DNA from: Candidatus Eiseniibacteriota bacterium
Lineage (GTDB): Bacteria > Eisenbacteria > RBG-16-71-46
NCBI GenBank assembly: GCA_963776245.1
Contig: CAVZLN010000006.1
Location: forward strand, 96,001-160,000
Direction of reading: 5' to 3'
Length of the DNA: 64,000 bases
Position numbers and translations under genes: made by a program. The notes beneath the pieces were generated by a model that saw only the letters and a list, made by a program, of their open reading frames with translations, did no database searches and was not told where the DNA came from. Positions 47,350 to 57,026 of the stretch are shown here, piece by piece. Within the stretch, counting starts at the first letter, position 1. Each line of letters opens with the position of its first letter.

Positions 47350-47364
47350 GCAGCCCTCGTGCCA
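47350..47364 (-). promoter_or_regulatory. sigma54 (-24/-12) promoter TGGCACG-AGGG-CTGC upstream of hsp20-dnaK
   Basis: perfect TGGCACG -24 box and correct GG-N10-GC spacing, about 90 nt before the hsp20 ATG. Confidence 0.65.
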
Positions 47365-47587
47365 CGCGCCCGGGTCGAGTCCCAAGTGGCACGCGGGCAA
47401 GACGTTCACCGCGTTCCATCGAGCGTTCCGCGAGCTCGCGCGCGCGCCCTTCGTCCGCATGTGGAACGCCGGGCGTTCGCCTCCGGCACACTGGCGTCCC
47501 ACATCCGGTGCAGCCCCATGGAACCCGCCCTCAACGCAGAGCGGCGGGCCACCCGGCCCGCCGCCGCCCATCGTCGCCAGCGCGCCT

Positions 47588-48034
47588 TCAGCGTGCCGGC
47601 AGGTAGCCCGCCTGCTCCATCGGCACCACCAGCTCGTCCTTGGTGTAGATGAACCGGTCCCGGCTGTAGTCCGAGAGCTCGTAGTTCTTCTCGAGGAAGA
47701 TCGCGTCCTCGGGACACGCCTCCTCGCACATGCCGCAGAAGATGCAGCGGATCATGTTGATCTCGTAGCGCTCGGCGTAGCGTTCGCCATGCGAGATCGG
47801 CGCGGCCGGGTCGTTCTCGGCCGCCTTGACGAAGATGGCGTCCGCCGGGCACGCCACCGCGCACAGTTCGCAGCCCACGCAGCGTTCGAGGCCGTCCTCG
47901 TGGCGCGCCAGGATGTGGAGCCCGCGGAAGCGCGGGTACATCGTGAGCTTCTCGTCCGGATACTGGACGGTGAACGGCTTCTTGAACAGGTTCTCGAACG
48001 TGACGCCGAGCCCCTGGCCGAGTTCCTTGATCAT
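47588..48034 (-). CDS. nuoI: NADH-quinone oxidoreductase subunit I
   Basis: TVQYPDEK, RFRGLH, CVGCELCAVACP, INMIRCIFCGMCEEACP. Confidence 0.92.
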   Translation of the reverse strand: MIKELGQGLGVTFENLFKKPFTVQYPDEKLTMYPRFRGLHILARHEDGLERCVGCELCAVACPADAIFVKAAENDPAAPISHGERYAERYEINMIRCIFCGMCEEACPEDAIFLEKNYELSDYSRDRFIYTKDELVVPMEQAGYLPAR

Positions 48035-48188
48035 GCGCTGGCTCCTTCCGGCCCTGTCGGATACGACGGATGCGGGCCGAGGATAGCCGCGGCCATGGCC
48101 CCCACGCAAGGCGCGGCGCCCGGCCGGGCGGCGCGGCTCTGCCGCGGCGCCGGCCTCCCGTGGGGGCCGGGCGCCGCCGGTCCGAGCG

Positions 48189-48932
48189 CTACCAGCTCCA
48201 GCCGAGCGCCAACTCGAACTCCCGCGTGCGACGCTCAAGCGAGCCCCTGGCGAGGTCCGGGAGCCCGTGCACGTAGCGTCCCCGCACCGCCGCGAGGTGC
48301 CCCGCGAGCGGCCACTCCACGCCGGCTCCGGCGGTCAGCGCGACATCGAGACGCTCGTACTGATCGGTCACATCACGGCTGCTCCCCAGCGTGCCCGCCT
48401 GCTCGAAGATGTTCGCGGAGGGCGCCGGCGTGATCCCCTTCTGCGCGGCCGCCGGGGACGGTGTGCCGCCGTCCACGCTCGAGCGGAATCCCGCGGAGAG
48501 CAGGTAGCGCACTTCGGGCCCGGCTTCGAGGATCAACGGGCCCACCGGGCGATACGACGCCCGCAGGGGGACCCCGATCCAGTTCCAGTCCATCCGCGCG
48601 TTCCCCCGCATCACCACCGCGGGGGACGTCCCCGAGGTCGTCGTGATGGTGAGGTCCTCGTCCTCGTTGATCCGGACGTACCGCAGGCCGGTGCCCAGCG
48701 ACCAGCGATCGCCGAGTCGCCAATCCACGGTCGGGCCCGCGGCCCACGCGATGCGCATCGGAGGGTCATCGAGGGTGGACGGCGCCGGGGCACGACGGGT
48801 GAGCCCGCCGTCCACCCCGGCCACTTCGAGGCCGAACCGCGGCCCTGCGGCCCACGCCAGAGCGGGAATCAGCGTCCCCAGCGCGAGCCCCACCAGGATC
48901 ACTCTCCGCCCAGGACGATCCGGACCTGTCAT
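48189..48932 (-). CDS. outer-membrane beta-barrel protein (PorT / OMP_b-brl_2-like)
   Basis: signal peptide; SLGTGLRY, WIGVPL, LEAGPEVRYLLSA, LTAGAGVEW, RYVHGL, terminal LALGWSW. Confidence 0.7.
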   Translation of the reverse strand: MTGPDRPGRRVILVGLALGTLIPALAWAAGPRFGLEVAGVDGGLTRRAPAPSTLDDPPMRIAWAAGPTVDWRLGDRWSLGTGLRYVRINEDEDLTITTTSGTSPAVVMRGNARMDWNWIGVPLRASYRPVGPLILEAGPEVRYLLSAGFRSSVDGGTPSPAAAQKGITPAPSANIFEQAGTLGSSRDVTDQYERLDVALTAGAGVEWPLAGHLAAVRGRYVHGLPDLARGSLERRTREFELALGWSW

Positions 48933-48971
48933 GGATACCTCCGCGTCATCTTCCCCGGTCGATCCCCGATC

Positions 48972-49526
48972 CTACAATCGCGGGAGCGTGATGCCCACCT
49001 GCTTCTGGTACTTGCCGGCCCGGTCCTTGTACGAGGTCTCGCAGGGCTCGTCGGCCTCGAAGAACAGCACCTGGGCGACCCCTTCGTTGGCGTAGATCCT
49101 CGCCGGGAGCGGCGTGGTGTTGCTGATCTCGAGCGTGACGAAGCCTTCCCACTCGGGCTCGAACGGCGTGACGTTGGTGATGATGCCGCAGCGGGCGTAC
49201 GTGCTCTTGCCGACGCACACGCACAGGACGTCGCGCGGCACCCGGAAATACTCGACCGTGCGTCCGAGCGCGAACGAGTTCGGCGGGATCACGCACACCG
49301 GCCCCCGGAAGTCGACCATCGATCCGGCATCCACGTTCTTCGGGTCGACGATGGTGGAGTTCACGTTGGTGAAGATCTTGAACTCGTCAGCGATGCGCAC
49401 GTCGTACCCGTACGACGACACGCCGTAGGAGATCACCCCCTCGCGCACCTGCTTCTCCTCGAACGGCTCGATCATGCGGTGCTCGGCGCACATCCGGCGG
49501 ATCCAGCGGTCGGGCTTGATGGACAC
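48972..49526 (-). CDS. dcd: dCTP deaminase
   Basis: [48 protein letters not shown]. Confidence 0.95.
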   Translation of the reverse strand: MSIKPDRWIRRMCAEHRMIEPFEEKQVREGVISYGVSSYGYDVRIADEFKIFTNVNSTIVDPKNVDAGSMVDFRGPVCVIPPNSFALGRTVEYFRVPRDVLCVCVGKSTYARCGIITNVTPFEPEWEGFVTLEISNTTPLPARIYANEGVAQVLFFEADEPCETSYKDRAGKYQKQVGITLPRL

Positions 49527-49529
49527 GCT

Positions 49530-50075
49530 TCACTCCTTCTCGTGGGGGTCGCGGCCGAGCATGCGCAGGACGTGGACGAGCTCGGGGATCAGCAGTCGTT
49601 CGAGCGCCAGGGTGACGGCGGGTTCGGAACCGGGCAATACCACCACGAGCCGGCCGCGCGCGATGCCGGCGGAGGCGCGCGACAACCACGCCGCCGCGCC
49701 CACCTCCGCGAACGAGAGCATCCGGAACAACTCGCCGAACCCCGGCAGGGGCTTCTCGAACAGCGGCTCGAGGGCCTCGGGCGTGGTGTCGCGCGGCCCC
49801 ACGCCGGTGCCGCCGGTCACCACCACCAGGTCGAGGTCGGCGCGCTCGAGCACGCGCTCCACGGCAGCCCGCACGCCGGCGGGGGTGTCGCGCACCCACG
49901 CGCGCGTGGCCACCGCGTGGCCCGCGCCCGTCAGCAGCCGCTCGATCGCCGCCCCGCTCCGGTCGGCGGCGCCGCGGCGGGTGTCGCTCACGGTGACGAT
50001 CGCGCAACGCGCGGTGCGGGTCCCTCGCCCGGGTGTGTGCGCGCCGGCGCGCCGCACCCGCCTCACGCCGCCCAT
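49530..50075 (-). CDS. moaB: molybdenum cofactor biosynthesis protein MoaB/MogA
   Basis: IVTVSDTR, DRSG, TGGTGVGPRDTTPE, GFGELFR, LSRA, LPGS. Confidence 0.88.
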   Translation of the reverse strand: MGGVRRVRRAGAHTPGRGTRTARCAIVTVSDTRRGAADRSGAAIERLLTGAGHAVATRAWVRDTPAGVRAAVERVLERADLDLVVVTGGTGVGPRDTTPEALEPLFEKPLPGFGELFRMLSFAEVGAAAWLSRASAGIARGRLVVVLPGSEPAVTLALERLLIPELVHVLRMLGRDPHEKE

Positions 50076-50771
50076 GAGCCCGCCCGCCCGGCGATCGGCC
50101 GCGGCACGATCCCGAAGTGCTCCGACCACGGACCGGCCTCCGCGAGCCGGTGCTCGGTCATCTCCTCGTGCGAGGGCTCCCACGCACCCGCGCCAGCCGG
50201 GAGCCGCGGGCCCGCCGCGCGCGCCAGGGCCGCGAGCTCGGCGAGCGTGAACGGTTCGGCGCCCGCGAGCTCGTACCATCCCTCCCACGCCGCGCGCCCG
50301 GTGAGCGCGCGATCGAGGGTCTCGAGCACGTCGTCCTCGGCCACCGGGTTCAGCGAGCGTGCGCCCGCCCCGCGGCAGGGCCGCGCCGGAGCGCAGGCGG
50401 AGCCACAGCGGGCTGGCGGGGCCGACCAGCGGCGCGAGCCGCAGCGTGAGCACCGGCAGCGCGAAGCCGCGCGCCAGCTCCTCGAGCCTCCAGAGCTGGC
50501 GCAGGCGCGGCGCTCGCGCATCCGGATGCACGCCGATCGCGCTCACCACCAGCAGACGCGCGCCCCCGGCCTCGCGCCAGCCGCCGGCCAGCGCGGCGAG
50601 CGCCATCGCGTCGAGCGCCTCGGCGGCGCCCAGCACCAGCGTGCGGTGGCCGGCCGAACGGTCGGCGGACGCGCTGCCGGGCGCCTCGGCGCGCAACGCG
50701 TGCCCGAGCGCCGCGAGCGCCGCGACCAGACGCGGCACCGGCGGCCCGGGCTGCCCATAGACGTGGATCAC
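50063..50771 (-). CDS. degenerate atypical SDR / NDUFA9-like Rossmann-fold protein; +1 indel near 50356
   Basis: LLVVSAIGVHPDA...LEEL...LTLRLAPLVGP then LNPVAEDDV...YELAGAEPFTLAEL; canonical GxxGxxG and YxxxK are missing. Confidence 0.6.
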
Positions 50772-51823
50772 GCCCGGGCCTCCAGCGCTCCGCGGATCTG
50801 CCGGCGGTGCGAGAGGTCGTGATCGGTCCAGTAGCGGACCAGGTCGGCGAGCGTGTGCGGGCCGCGCGCCGGGTGCAGCCACGCGCGCTGCCACGCCTCG
50901 GGACCGAGCGGCGCGAGCCGGGCCATCACCCGCTCGCGCGCCTCGCGCCACTCGGCCAGCGCGACCTCGGGGTCGGCCTCGGCGTAGCCCCGTTCACGCG
51001 GCCAGGCCTGTACCGGCACCTCGGACACCGCGGGGAAGTCCTCGGTCAGCACGCGCTCGAGCCGCGGCGCGAACACGTCGCGATCGCAATCCCGCAGGTG
51101 GCAGACCACCTCGGCCGCGCTCCAGCTCGCGGGGCCGCTGCGGCGATGGAACGCTTCCGCCCCGCCGTGCTGCTCGAGCATCTCCTGGCCCCAGCGCGGG
51201 CCCGCCCGGAGCACCTCGAGGCGCTGTTCCCACTCGAGGTGGTCCATGCTCGCGCCCGCCCGCGGCATGAGGTCGCCGGGGCGCGCGGGTGAGGGCAGCG
51301 TCGATCCCAGCCCGCGCGCCTGATAGGTGCGCGCCAGCGCGACGTAGTGGGAGGTGCCGTTGGCGATGGCCGCCCGGTGCGCCTCGGTCACCTGCCCGAC
51401 CACCCGCGCCGGCGCCCCCAGCACCAGGCTGCCCGGCGGCACGATCTGGCGCTCGCGCACCAGCGACGCGGCGCCGATGAGCGAGCCGGCCCCGATGCGC
51501 GCGCCCGAGAGCACCACCGCGCCCATGCCGACCAGGCAGTCGTCCTCGATCACGCAGCCATGCACGATGGAGCGATGGCCCACGGTCACGCGCGCGCCGA
51601 TCACCGCCTCGAGCCCCTCGTCCACGTGCACCGTGGAGTTGTCCTGGATGTTGGTGTCCGCCCCCACCTCGATGCCCGCGATGTCCCCGCGCAGGACGGT
51701 GTTGAACCACACGCTGCTGCGGGCTCCGAGCGTGACCTCGCCCACCACCCGGGCGCCCGGGGCGATGAACGCGGTCGGATCGATGCGCAGCCGGGACGGC
51801 CAATCGTGATTGCGATCCGTCAT
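50768..51823 (-). CDS. gamma-carbonic-anhydrase-like (YrdA/PaaY) domain fused to a DinB/YfiT domain
   Basis: hexapeptide repeats with VLRGD, NIQDNSTVH, VTVGHRSIVHGC; C-terminal WSAAEVVCHLRDCD...WTDHDLSHRRQI. Confidence 0.85.
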   Translation of the reverse strand: MTDRNHDWPSRLRIDPTAFIAPGARVVGEVTLGARSSVWFNTVLRGDIAGIEVGADTNIQDNSTVHVDEGLEAVIGARVTVGHRSIVHGCVIEDDCLVGMGAVVLSGARIGAGSLIGAASLVRERQIVPPGSLVLGAPARVVGQVTEAHRAAIANGTSHYVALARTYQARGLGSTLPSPARPGDLMPRAGASMDHLEWEQRLEVLRAGPRWGQEMLEQHGGAEAFHRRSGPASWSAAEVVCHLRDCDRDVFAPRLERVLTEDFPAVSEVPVQAWPRERGYAEADPEVALAEWREARERVMARLAPLGPEAWQRAWLHPARGPHTLADLVRYWTDHDLSHRRQIRGALEARA

Positions 51824-52464
51824 CGGAGGTCCGCCTCCTCGCCCAGGAACGGATTGAAGCGCCGCTCCCGGCCGATCGTGGTCCCGGGACCGTGTCCCGG
51901 GTGGACGCGCACGTCGTCCCCGAGCGGCAGCAGGCGCGTGCGGATGGCGCGGATCAGGTCCGCCGTCGAGCCGCCCGGCAGGTCGGTCCGGCCGACCGAG
52001 CCCGCGAACAGCGTGTCACCGGCCCACAGCTCGCCCTGCCACCGGAAGCACACGCCGCCCGGCGAGTGCCCGGGGGTGTGGAGGACCTCGAGCGTCTCCT
52101 CACCCACCGCGAGACGCTGCCCGTCGGCGAGGTCGTGCACCGTCCCGGGCGCGCGCGCCGGCGGGAAGTCGAACGCCGCGGCCTGAGCGGGCAGGTGGTC
52201 GAGCAGCGGGCGGTCGGCCGGGTGCAGCCAGAAGTCCCCTCCCAGCGCCTCCTGGACCTCGCGCATGCCGGCCACGTGGTCGTAGTGACCGTGGGTCGCG
52301 AGCAGCCAGCGCACCCGCAGTCCGAGCCGGCGCACCGTGTCGATCGCGGACCCCGCGTCGAACCCCACGTCGAGCACCGCGGTCTCGCGCGTGGCCTCGC
52401 AGGTCACGAGGTAGGTGCGATTGTCGAGCGGCCCGAGCGCGAGAACCTGGTGGACGAGCGGCAT
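51820..52464 (-). CDS. MBL-fold metallo-hydrolase (glyoxalase II-like, GloC/YcbL)
   Basis: THGHYDH, HTPGHSPGG, GDTLFAGSVGRTDLPGG, PGHGP-TTI. Confidence 0.9.
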   Translation of the reverse strand: MPLVHQVLALGPLDNRTYLVTCEATRETAVLDVGFDAGSAIDTVRRLGLRVRWLLATHGHYDHVAGMREVQEALGGDFWLHPADRPLLDHLPAQAAAFDFPPARAPGTVHDLADGQRLAVGEETLEVLHTPGHSPGGVCFRWQGELWAGDTLFAGSVGRTDLPGGSTADLIRAIRTRLLPLGDDVRVHPGHGPGTTIGRERRFNPFLGEEADLR

Positions 52465-52465
52465 G

Positions 52466-53626
52466 TCAGATGACGTTGGACTCGACCATCGCCTGCCGCT
52501 CGCTGAAACGCTCGACCCGCAGCGCGGAGAGGTCGATGCTCGGCCGGCCGTCCACGATCCACTCCGCGATCAGTCGCCCGACCGCGGGCGCATGCATGAA
52601 GCCATGGCCGCTGAAGCCGTTCGCGAGCATGAAGCCGCCCACCGACGTCGGCGGCCCGAGCACCGCGTTGTGGTCGGGCGTGGTCTCGTAGAGCCCCGCC
52701 CAGCCGTTCGAGATCTCGGCCTCCTCGAGCGCCGGCACGCGATGCATCGCGGGCTCCACCACGCGCTCGAGCAGGTCCCAGTTGACCGCGGTGTTGAATC
52801 CCGCGGGCTCCTCCTTGTTGGCGAGGCCGAGCAGCATGCCCCCGCTCTCGCGGTGCATGTACACGCCCGACTTCATGTCCACGATCATGGGCAGATCGGG
52901 CCGCGCCATCGGCAGTGGCTCGGTGGTGAAGCAATGGCGGCGCACCGGGTCCACCGGCAGGTCCACGCCCGCCCAGCGCGCGATCCCGGCCGCGTGCGGT
53001 CCGGCGGCGTTGATCACCCAGGGCGCGTGGAAGTCGCCCTGCGCCGTGCGCACGCCGGTGACGCGACCCTGCTCGACGATCAACCCGCTCGCGGCCAGCC
53101 CGAACTCGAACCGCGCGCCCAGTTCGCGCGCGTGCTGCACGAACAGCTGCGTGACCTCGTGGGGGCTGCCGAGCCCGTCCTTGCGGCAGAAGGTCGCCCC
53201 CCGGAGGTCCTCGATGTTGAGCTCCGGCACCCGCTCGCGCGCCTGCTGCGGCGTGAGGGTCTCCACCGGCAGCCCGAGGGCGCGCTGCATCTCGGCCTGG
53301 CGCTGGAACATCGCCCAGGTGATGTCGTCTGCGAGCAGGAACAGGTAGCCGACCTGGAAGAACACCGGCTCGCAGCGCATCAGCTCCGGAAGGCGCTCGA
53401 ACTCCTCGATCGACATCATCGAGAGGCGCACGTTGATCTCGCTCGAGAACTGCGCGCGGATGCCGCCCGCCGCCTTGCTCGTGGAGCCGGCCCCGGCGAA
53501 CGGCTCCTGCTCCAGCACCACCACGCCCTTCACGCCCCGCCGCCCGAGATGGTCGGCGATCGCCGCTCCGATGCACCCCGCCCCGATGATCACCACCGGC
53601 GCGGCGCGGCCCGTCGTCGTGCTCAC
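52466..53626 (-). CDS. FAD-dependent oxidoreductase, DAO / sarcosine oxidase beta family
   Basis: VIIGAGCIG, GSTSKAAGGIR, VINAAG, WAGLYETTPD, GFSGHGFMHAP. Confidence 0.88.
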   Translation of the reverse strand: MSTTTGRAAPVVIIGAGCIGAAIADHLGRRGVKGVVVLEQEPFAGAGSTSKAAGGIRAQFSSEINVRLSMMSIEEFERLPELMRCEPVFFQVGYLFLLADDITWAMFQRQAEMQRALGLPVETLTPQQARERVPELNIEDLRGATFCRKDGLGSPHEVTQLFVQHARELGARFEFGLAASGLIVEQGRVTGVRTAQGDFHAPWVINAAGPHAAGIARWAGVDLPVDPVRRHCFTTEPLPMARPDLPMIVDMKSGVYMHRESGGMLLGLANKEEPAGFNTAVNWDLLERVVEPAMHRVPALEEAEISNGWAGLYETTPDHNAVLGPPTSVGGFMLANGFSGHGFMHAPAVGRLIAEWIVDGRPSIDLSALRVERFSERQAMVESNVI

Positions 53627-54447
53627 TGCATCCTCCGCCAGGCGCGCCTGAGACGCAGCGCGTCCTCTTCCATGGCCGGGCTCTCGCACACCACCCAGCC
53701 CGATACCCGCAGGTCCCGCAGCGCCTTCAGCACGTCGCGCCAGCGGAAGCGGGATTCCTCGAGAGGAAGGTGGTGCCGCTCGCCTTTCGGTCCGTATTCG
53801 ATCCCCGACACGTGGACGTGGAGTCGTTCCAGCGCCGCCCGTCCGAGCCGGCGCTCGAGGATCTCCAGCATCCCCGCGAAGTCCGCGTAACGATTCACCG
53901 CACCTGCCGTGCGCGCGTACTGGTGCGAGAAGTCCACGCACGGCGACACCCCGGGCACCGCCCGGCTCCACTCGACGATCTCGTCCAACGAGCCCACCTG
54001 GGTGGGCTTGCCGGTGAGCTCGGGGCGGATGTCGATCGACAGCCCCTCCGCCCGCAGCCCCCCGGCCAGCCGCCGCAGCCGCGCCTCGATGGCCTCCCGC
54101 GCCGCCTCCGGGGCGAGCGCCTGGTAGAACCCCGAGTGGAAGCAGAAGCTCTGCGCGCCGCAGCGCGCGCCGAGCCTTCCGGCGTGCGCGAGGCGCTCGA
54201 GACTGCGCGCGACCACCTCGTCCGAGCCGCACAGATTGACGTAGTACGGCGCGTGCGCGGTGAGCGTGATGTCGTTCAGGCGCGCCGCCTCGGCGATGGC
54301 GTCCGCGGTCGCGGGGCCCATCTTCACCCCGTTGACCCAGGCCATCTCGAGATGGTCGAGCCCCAGCTCGCGCGCGCGGCGGATGCCGTGGACGGTGCCG
54401 GGCCGCGCGCTCGAGCGCGGGATGCCCGACGTGCCGATGCGCAGCAT
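53623..54447 (-). CDS. nfo: endonuclease IV (AP endonuclease family 2), archaeal-like subtype
   Basis: HAPYYVNL, FHSGFY, PELTGKPTQVGSLDE, CVDFSH, HVHVSGIEYGPKGERHH, CESP; alternative start GTG 54489. Confidence 0.8.
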   Translation of the reverse strand: MLRIGTSGIPRSSARPGTVHGIRRARELGLDHLEMAWVNGVKMGPATADAIAEAARLNDITLTAHAPYYVNLCGSDEVVARSLERLAHAGRLGARCGAQSFCFHSGFYQALAPEAAREAIEARLRRLAGGLRAEGLSIDIRPELTGKPTQVGSLDEIVEWSRAVPGVSPCVDFSHQYARTAGAVNRYADFAGMLEILERRLGRAALERLHVHVSGIEYGPKGERHHLPLEESRFRWRDVLKALRDLRVSGWVVCESPAMEEDALRLRRAWRRMQ

Positions 54448-54550
54448 CAGGACCGCGCCGGGCGGCCGCGCCCACATCGTGCGCGGCACGCCGGGAGGCA
54501 GTCTAGGCCAGCCTGCTGGTCAACGCGAGTGCCCCGCCCGGCGCCCGGCA

Positions 54551-56263
54551 TCAGAACGCCTGGTTCGAGCCGAACGAGAACACGGCCTCGCGCCGGCCGG
54601 CCGGCGCGGGGCTGAGCGGCCAGGCGACGTCGATGCGGATCAACTGGCTGCTCGAGAGGTGAGGCAGCGCGAGCCGCAGGCCGACACCGGCATCGTGATG
54701 CCAGTCGGTGCCCGCGGCACCGGTGCCCCACGCCCTTCCGGCGTCCCAGAATCCAGCCAGCCCGACGTCGACCAGGTGCCAGTAGTCGCGTCCGATCAGC
54801 CAGCGGTCCTCGGTGTTGAAGCGCCACACCTGGCGGCCGGCGAGCGCGTGCACCGGATACGCGCGCAGCCCGTTCAGCCCGCCGACGACCTGCTGCCAGT
54901 CGCGCGCCATGCGCATGCCCCACGAGCCCCAGCCGGCGGCCACCAGCGTCTGACGGGGCAGCCGCTGGCTCACCCAGCGCGCTTCGACACCGCGGATCAG
55001 CTCCTCGGCGGTGAAGCGGAAACGGGTCGCCATCGCCGCATGCACGGTGCCGAAGCCGAGCGGTGTCTCGGCGCCCGCTCCCAGCGCGAAGCGCGTGTAC
55101 GATTCATCGGTCGTGCTTCCCAGCAGGTGCGGCGAGAACCCGAGCTTGACCGAGGCCAGCGGGCCGACATCGAAGTCCTCGATGCCGGTCATCCGGTCCA
55201 CGCCCCGGCGTTCGATGTACCTCGGCCGCCACAGGACGAGCTCCGCGGCGAGCCGGCGGATGCGCTGCTGTTCCTCGCCCCCGGCGAAGTCGAGGGTCGC
55301 CCCGGGCTGGAGCCGGCTGGGGCCGAGGGTGCGATCGCGCAGGTAGAAGGAGTACACCAGTCGCCGCACGGTGCCGCCCACGCGCCCGCCGCGCCCCCAG
55401 GCGGCCTCGCCCTCCACGCGGCGCTGATCGAATTCGGCGCCGATCGCGCCGCGGTCGAACAGGCGGCCCTGGGAGGTGGTCCGCGACCAGCTCGCGAACG
55501 CGGTGTAGGGCGCGTCCTGGGACCAGAACGGCACCCCCGCGTACACCTGGTTGGTCACACCCGCCGAGCCGGTGCCGGCCGCGATCTGGAGCCGGACGCG
55601 GCTCCCGGCGACCGCGGGATCGTACCAGGCGATGGAGCGGGAGATGCCCGTGGGATCCCTGCGGTAGGCCAGGGCGGCCCACTTGCCGAAGCCGAGCAGG
55701 TTGCGTTCGGTGAGCGCCACCGCGCCGTAGCTCTGCCCGCCGCCCCGCTCGAGATTGAACTCCGCGATCGTGCTCCACACGTCCCGCGTGGTGAGCACCA
55801 CGTCCGCCGAATCGTCGCCGGTCGCGGCGCGCAGCACCACCGGTTCGAGGTAGCTCAGCCCACGCAGCGTCCGGAGCGTCTCGCGCCCGCGTTCGTCGTC
55901 CCAGCGCTCACCGGCCGCGAACGCGAGGTGGTGGCGCACGGTCGCGGGGCGTGTGATGAGGTGGAAGCGATTGGCCGCGCGGTAGAGCGGAGCGAGCCGG
56001 CCGGGTGGGACGGGATCGTAGATGTTGTGCGCCACGATGGTGATCGACCGGATCGGCCGCCCGGCCGCGGACGGTTCGCTCTCGAGCCTGCCACCCGTCG
56101 TGTCCGGCGCCACCACGAGGGTCGCGACCGTGGGCGGCATCACGCCGCCCGGGGCGTCCGACGCCCCGGGCAGCGGCGCGGCGGACGCGCCGGCCGACAG
56201 CGCCGCGCCCGCCGCGAGACCGAGCAGCGCCCTAGCGGCGCTTCGGCACACCCAGGCGCTCAC
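54551..56263 (-). CDS. Omp85 (BamA/TamA superfamily) outer-membrane protein
   Basis: signal peptide; POTRA-like segment; TRDVWS, ERNLLGFG, GGLNGLRAYP, DAGVGLR, IRIDVAWP, terminal Phe; start uncertain (56251 or 56263). Confidence 0.8.
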   Translation of the reverse strand: MSAWVCRSAARALLGLAAGAALSAGASAAPLPGASDAPGGVMPPTVATLVVAPDTTGGRLESEPSAAGRPIRSITIVAHNIYDPVPPGRLAPLYRAANRFHLITRPATVRHHLAFAAGERWDDERGRETLRTLRGLSYLEPVVLRAATGDDSADVVLTTRDVWSTIAEFNLERGGGQSYGAVALTERNLLGFGKWAALAYRRDPTGISRSIAWYDPAVAGSRVRLQIAAGTGSAGVTNQVYAGVPFWSQDAPYTAFASWSRTTSQGRLFDRGAIGAEFDQRRVEGEAAWGRGGRVGGTVRRLVYSFYLRDRTLGPSRLQPGATLDFAGGEEQQRIRRLAAELVLWRPRYIERRGVDRMTGIEDFDVGPLASVKLGFSPHLLGSTTDESYTRFALGAGAETPLGFGTVHAAMATRFRFTAEELIRGVEARWVSQRLPRQTLVAAGWGSWGMRMARDWQQVVGGLNGLRAYPVHALAGRQVWRFNTEDRWLIGRDYWHLVDVGLAGFWDAGRAWGTGAAGTDWHHDAGVGLRLALPHLSSSQLIRIDVAWPLSPAPAGRREAVFSFGSNQAF

Positions 56264-57026
56264 GGGCCAGCTGGGCCTCGCCGGACAGTGGGAAACGCTG
56301 GACGAGATCCTCAAGGGCCTTCTTCGCCTGCTCCTTGCGACCGAGCCGGTCCTCGGCCAGCGCCAGCTTGTAGAGCGCCGCGGGCACCTTCTCGCCCCGC
56401 GGCCACGCGGTCTCGACGTGGCGGTACTCGACCGCCGCGCTGTCGAACATCGACTGGGCGAAGAAGCACTCCCCCGCGCCGTACTGCGCGTTGTCCGCCA
56501 GCTCCGAGGCGGAGTCCCGCCGCACCACCTCGCGGAATCCCTGGAGCGCCATCGCGTACCGCCCCTGGGTGAGATCCTGCGCCGCCTGATCGTAGAGCTG
56601 CGTCACGTCGACGGCGGTGGCCGGCGCGGCGGTTCCCGCAACGGCCGGCGCGGTGCGCAGCGCCACCTGGTTGAAGCGCCCCATGACCTCGTCGAGCTTG
56701 CCCTCGAGTCGCGACATCTGCTCGAACAGGTCCTGGGTCGTGCTGCCCGCGGTGGCGCGCGTCGAGAGCAGCACGTCGCGCTGCTCCGCGAGATCGCGGC
56801 GCGTGTCGAGCAGCACCCGGTACGCCACCGAGTCGCGCACCATGAGCGTGTCCACCTGGACGCGCAGGCTGTCGAGCCCCGAGCGCAGCAGCACGAGCTG
56901 CGGCGCCATGCAGCCCGGCAGCGTCGCGGTCGCGACCGCCAGCGCGAGCGCGCCCAGCGGGGCCGCGGCGCGGCGGCCGGTGATCCCGCGCGCCCCCCGG
57001 CCGGGCGCCAGCGGTGCGCGGCTCAT
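56232..57026 (-). CDS. cpoB: Tol-Pal system protein CpoB (YbgF)
   Basis: lipobox LPGC, coiled coil, TPRs LADNAQYGAGE, KVPAALYK, LVQRFP; follows pal. Confidence 0.88.
   Translation of the reverse strand: MSRAPLAPGRGARGITGRRAAAPLGALALAVATATLPGCMAPQLVLLRSGLDSLRVQVDTLMVRDSVAYRVLLDTRRDLAEQRDVLLSTRATAGSTTQDLFEQMSRLEGKLDEVMGRFNQVALRTAPAVAGTAAPATAVDVTQLYDQAAQDLTQGRYAMALQGFREVVRRDSASELADNAQYGAGECFFAQSMFDSAAVEYRHVETAWPRGEKVPAALYKLALAEDRLGRKEQAKKALEDLVQRFPLSGEAQLARERLGVPKRR

Noticed and set aside
49530..50951. Apparent SDR-MoaB fusion (473 aa)
   Set aside because: Created by the +1 indel near 50356; the SDR-like C-terminus continues in ORF 50063-50521 and moaB has its own ATG at 50075
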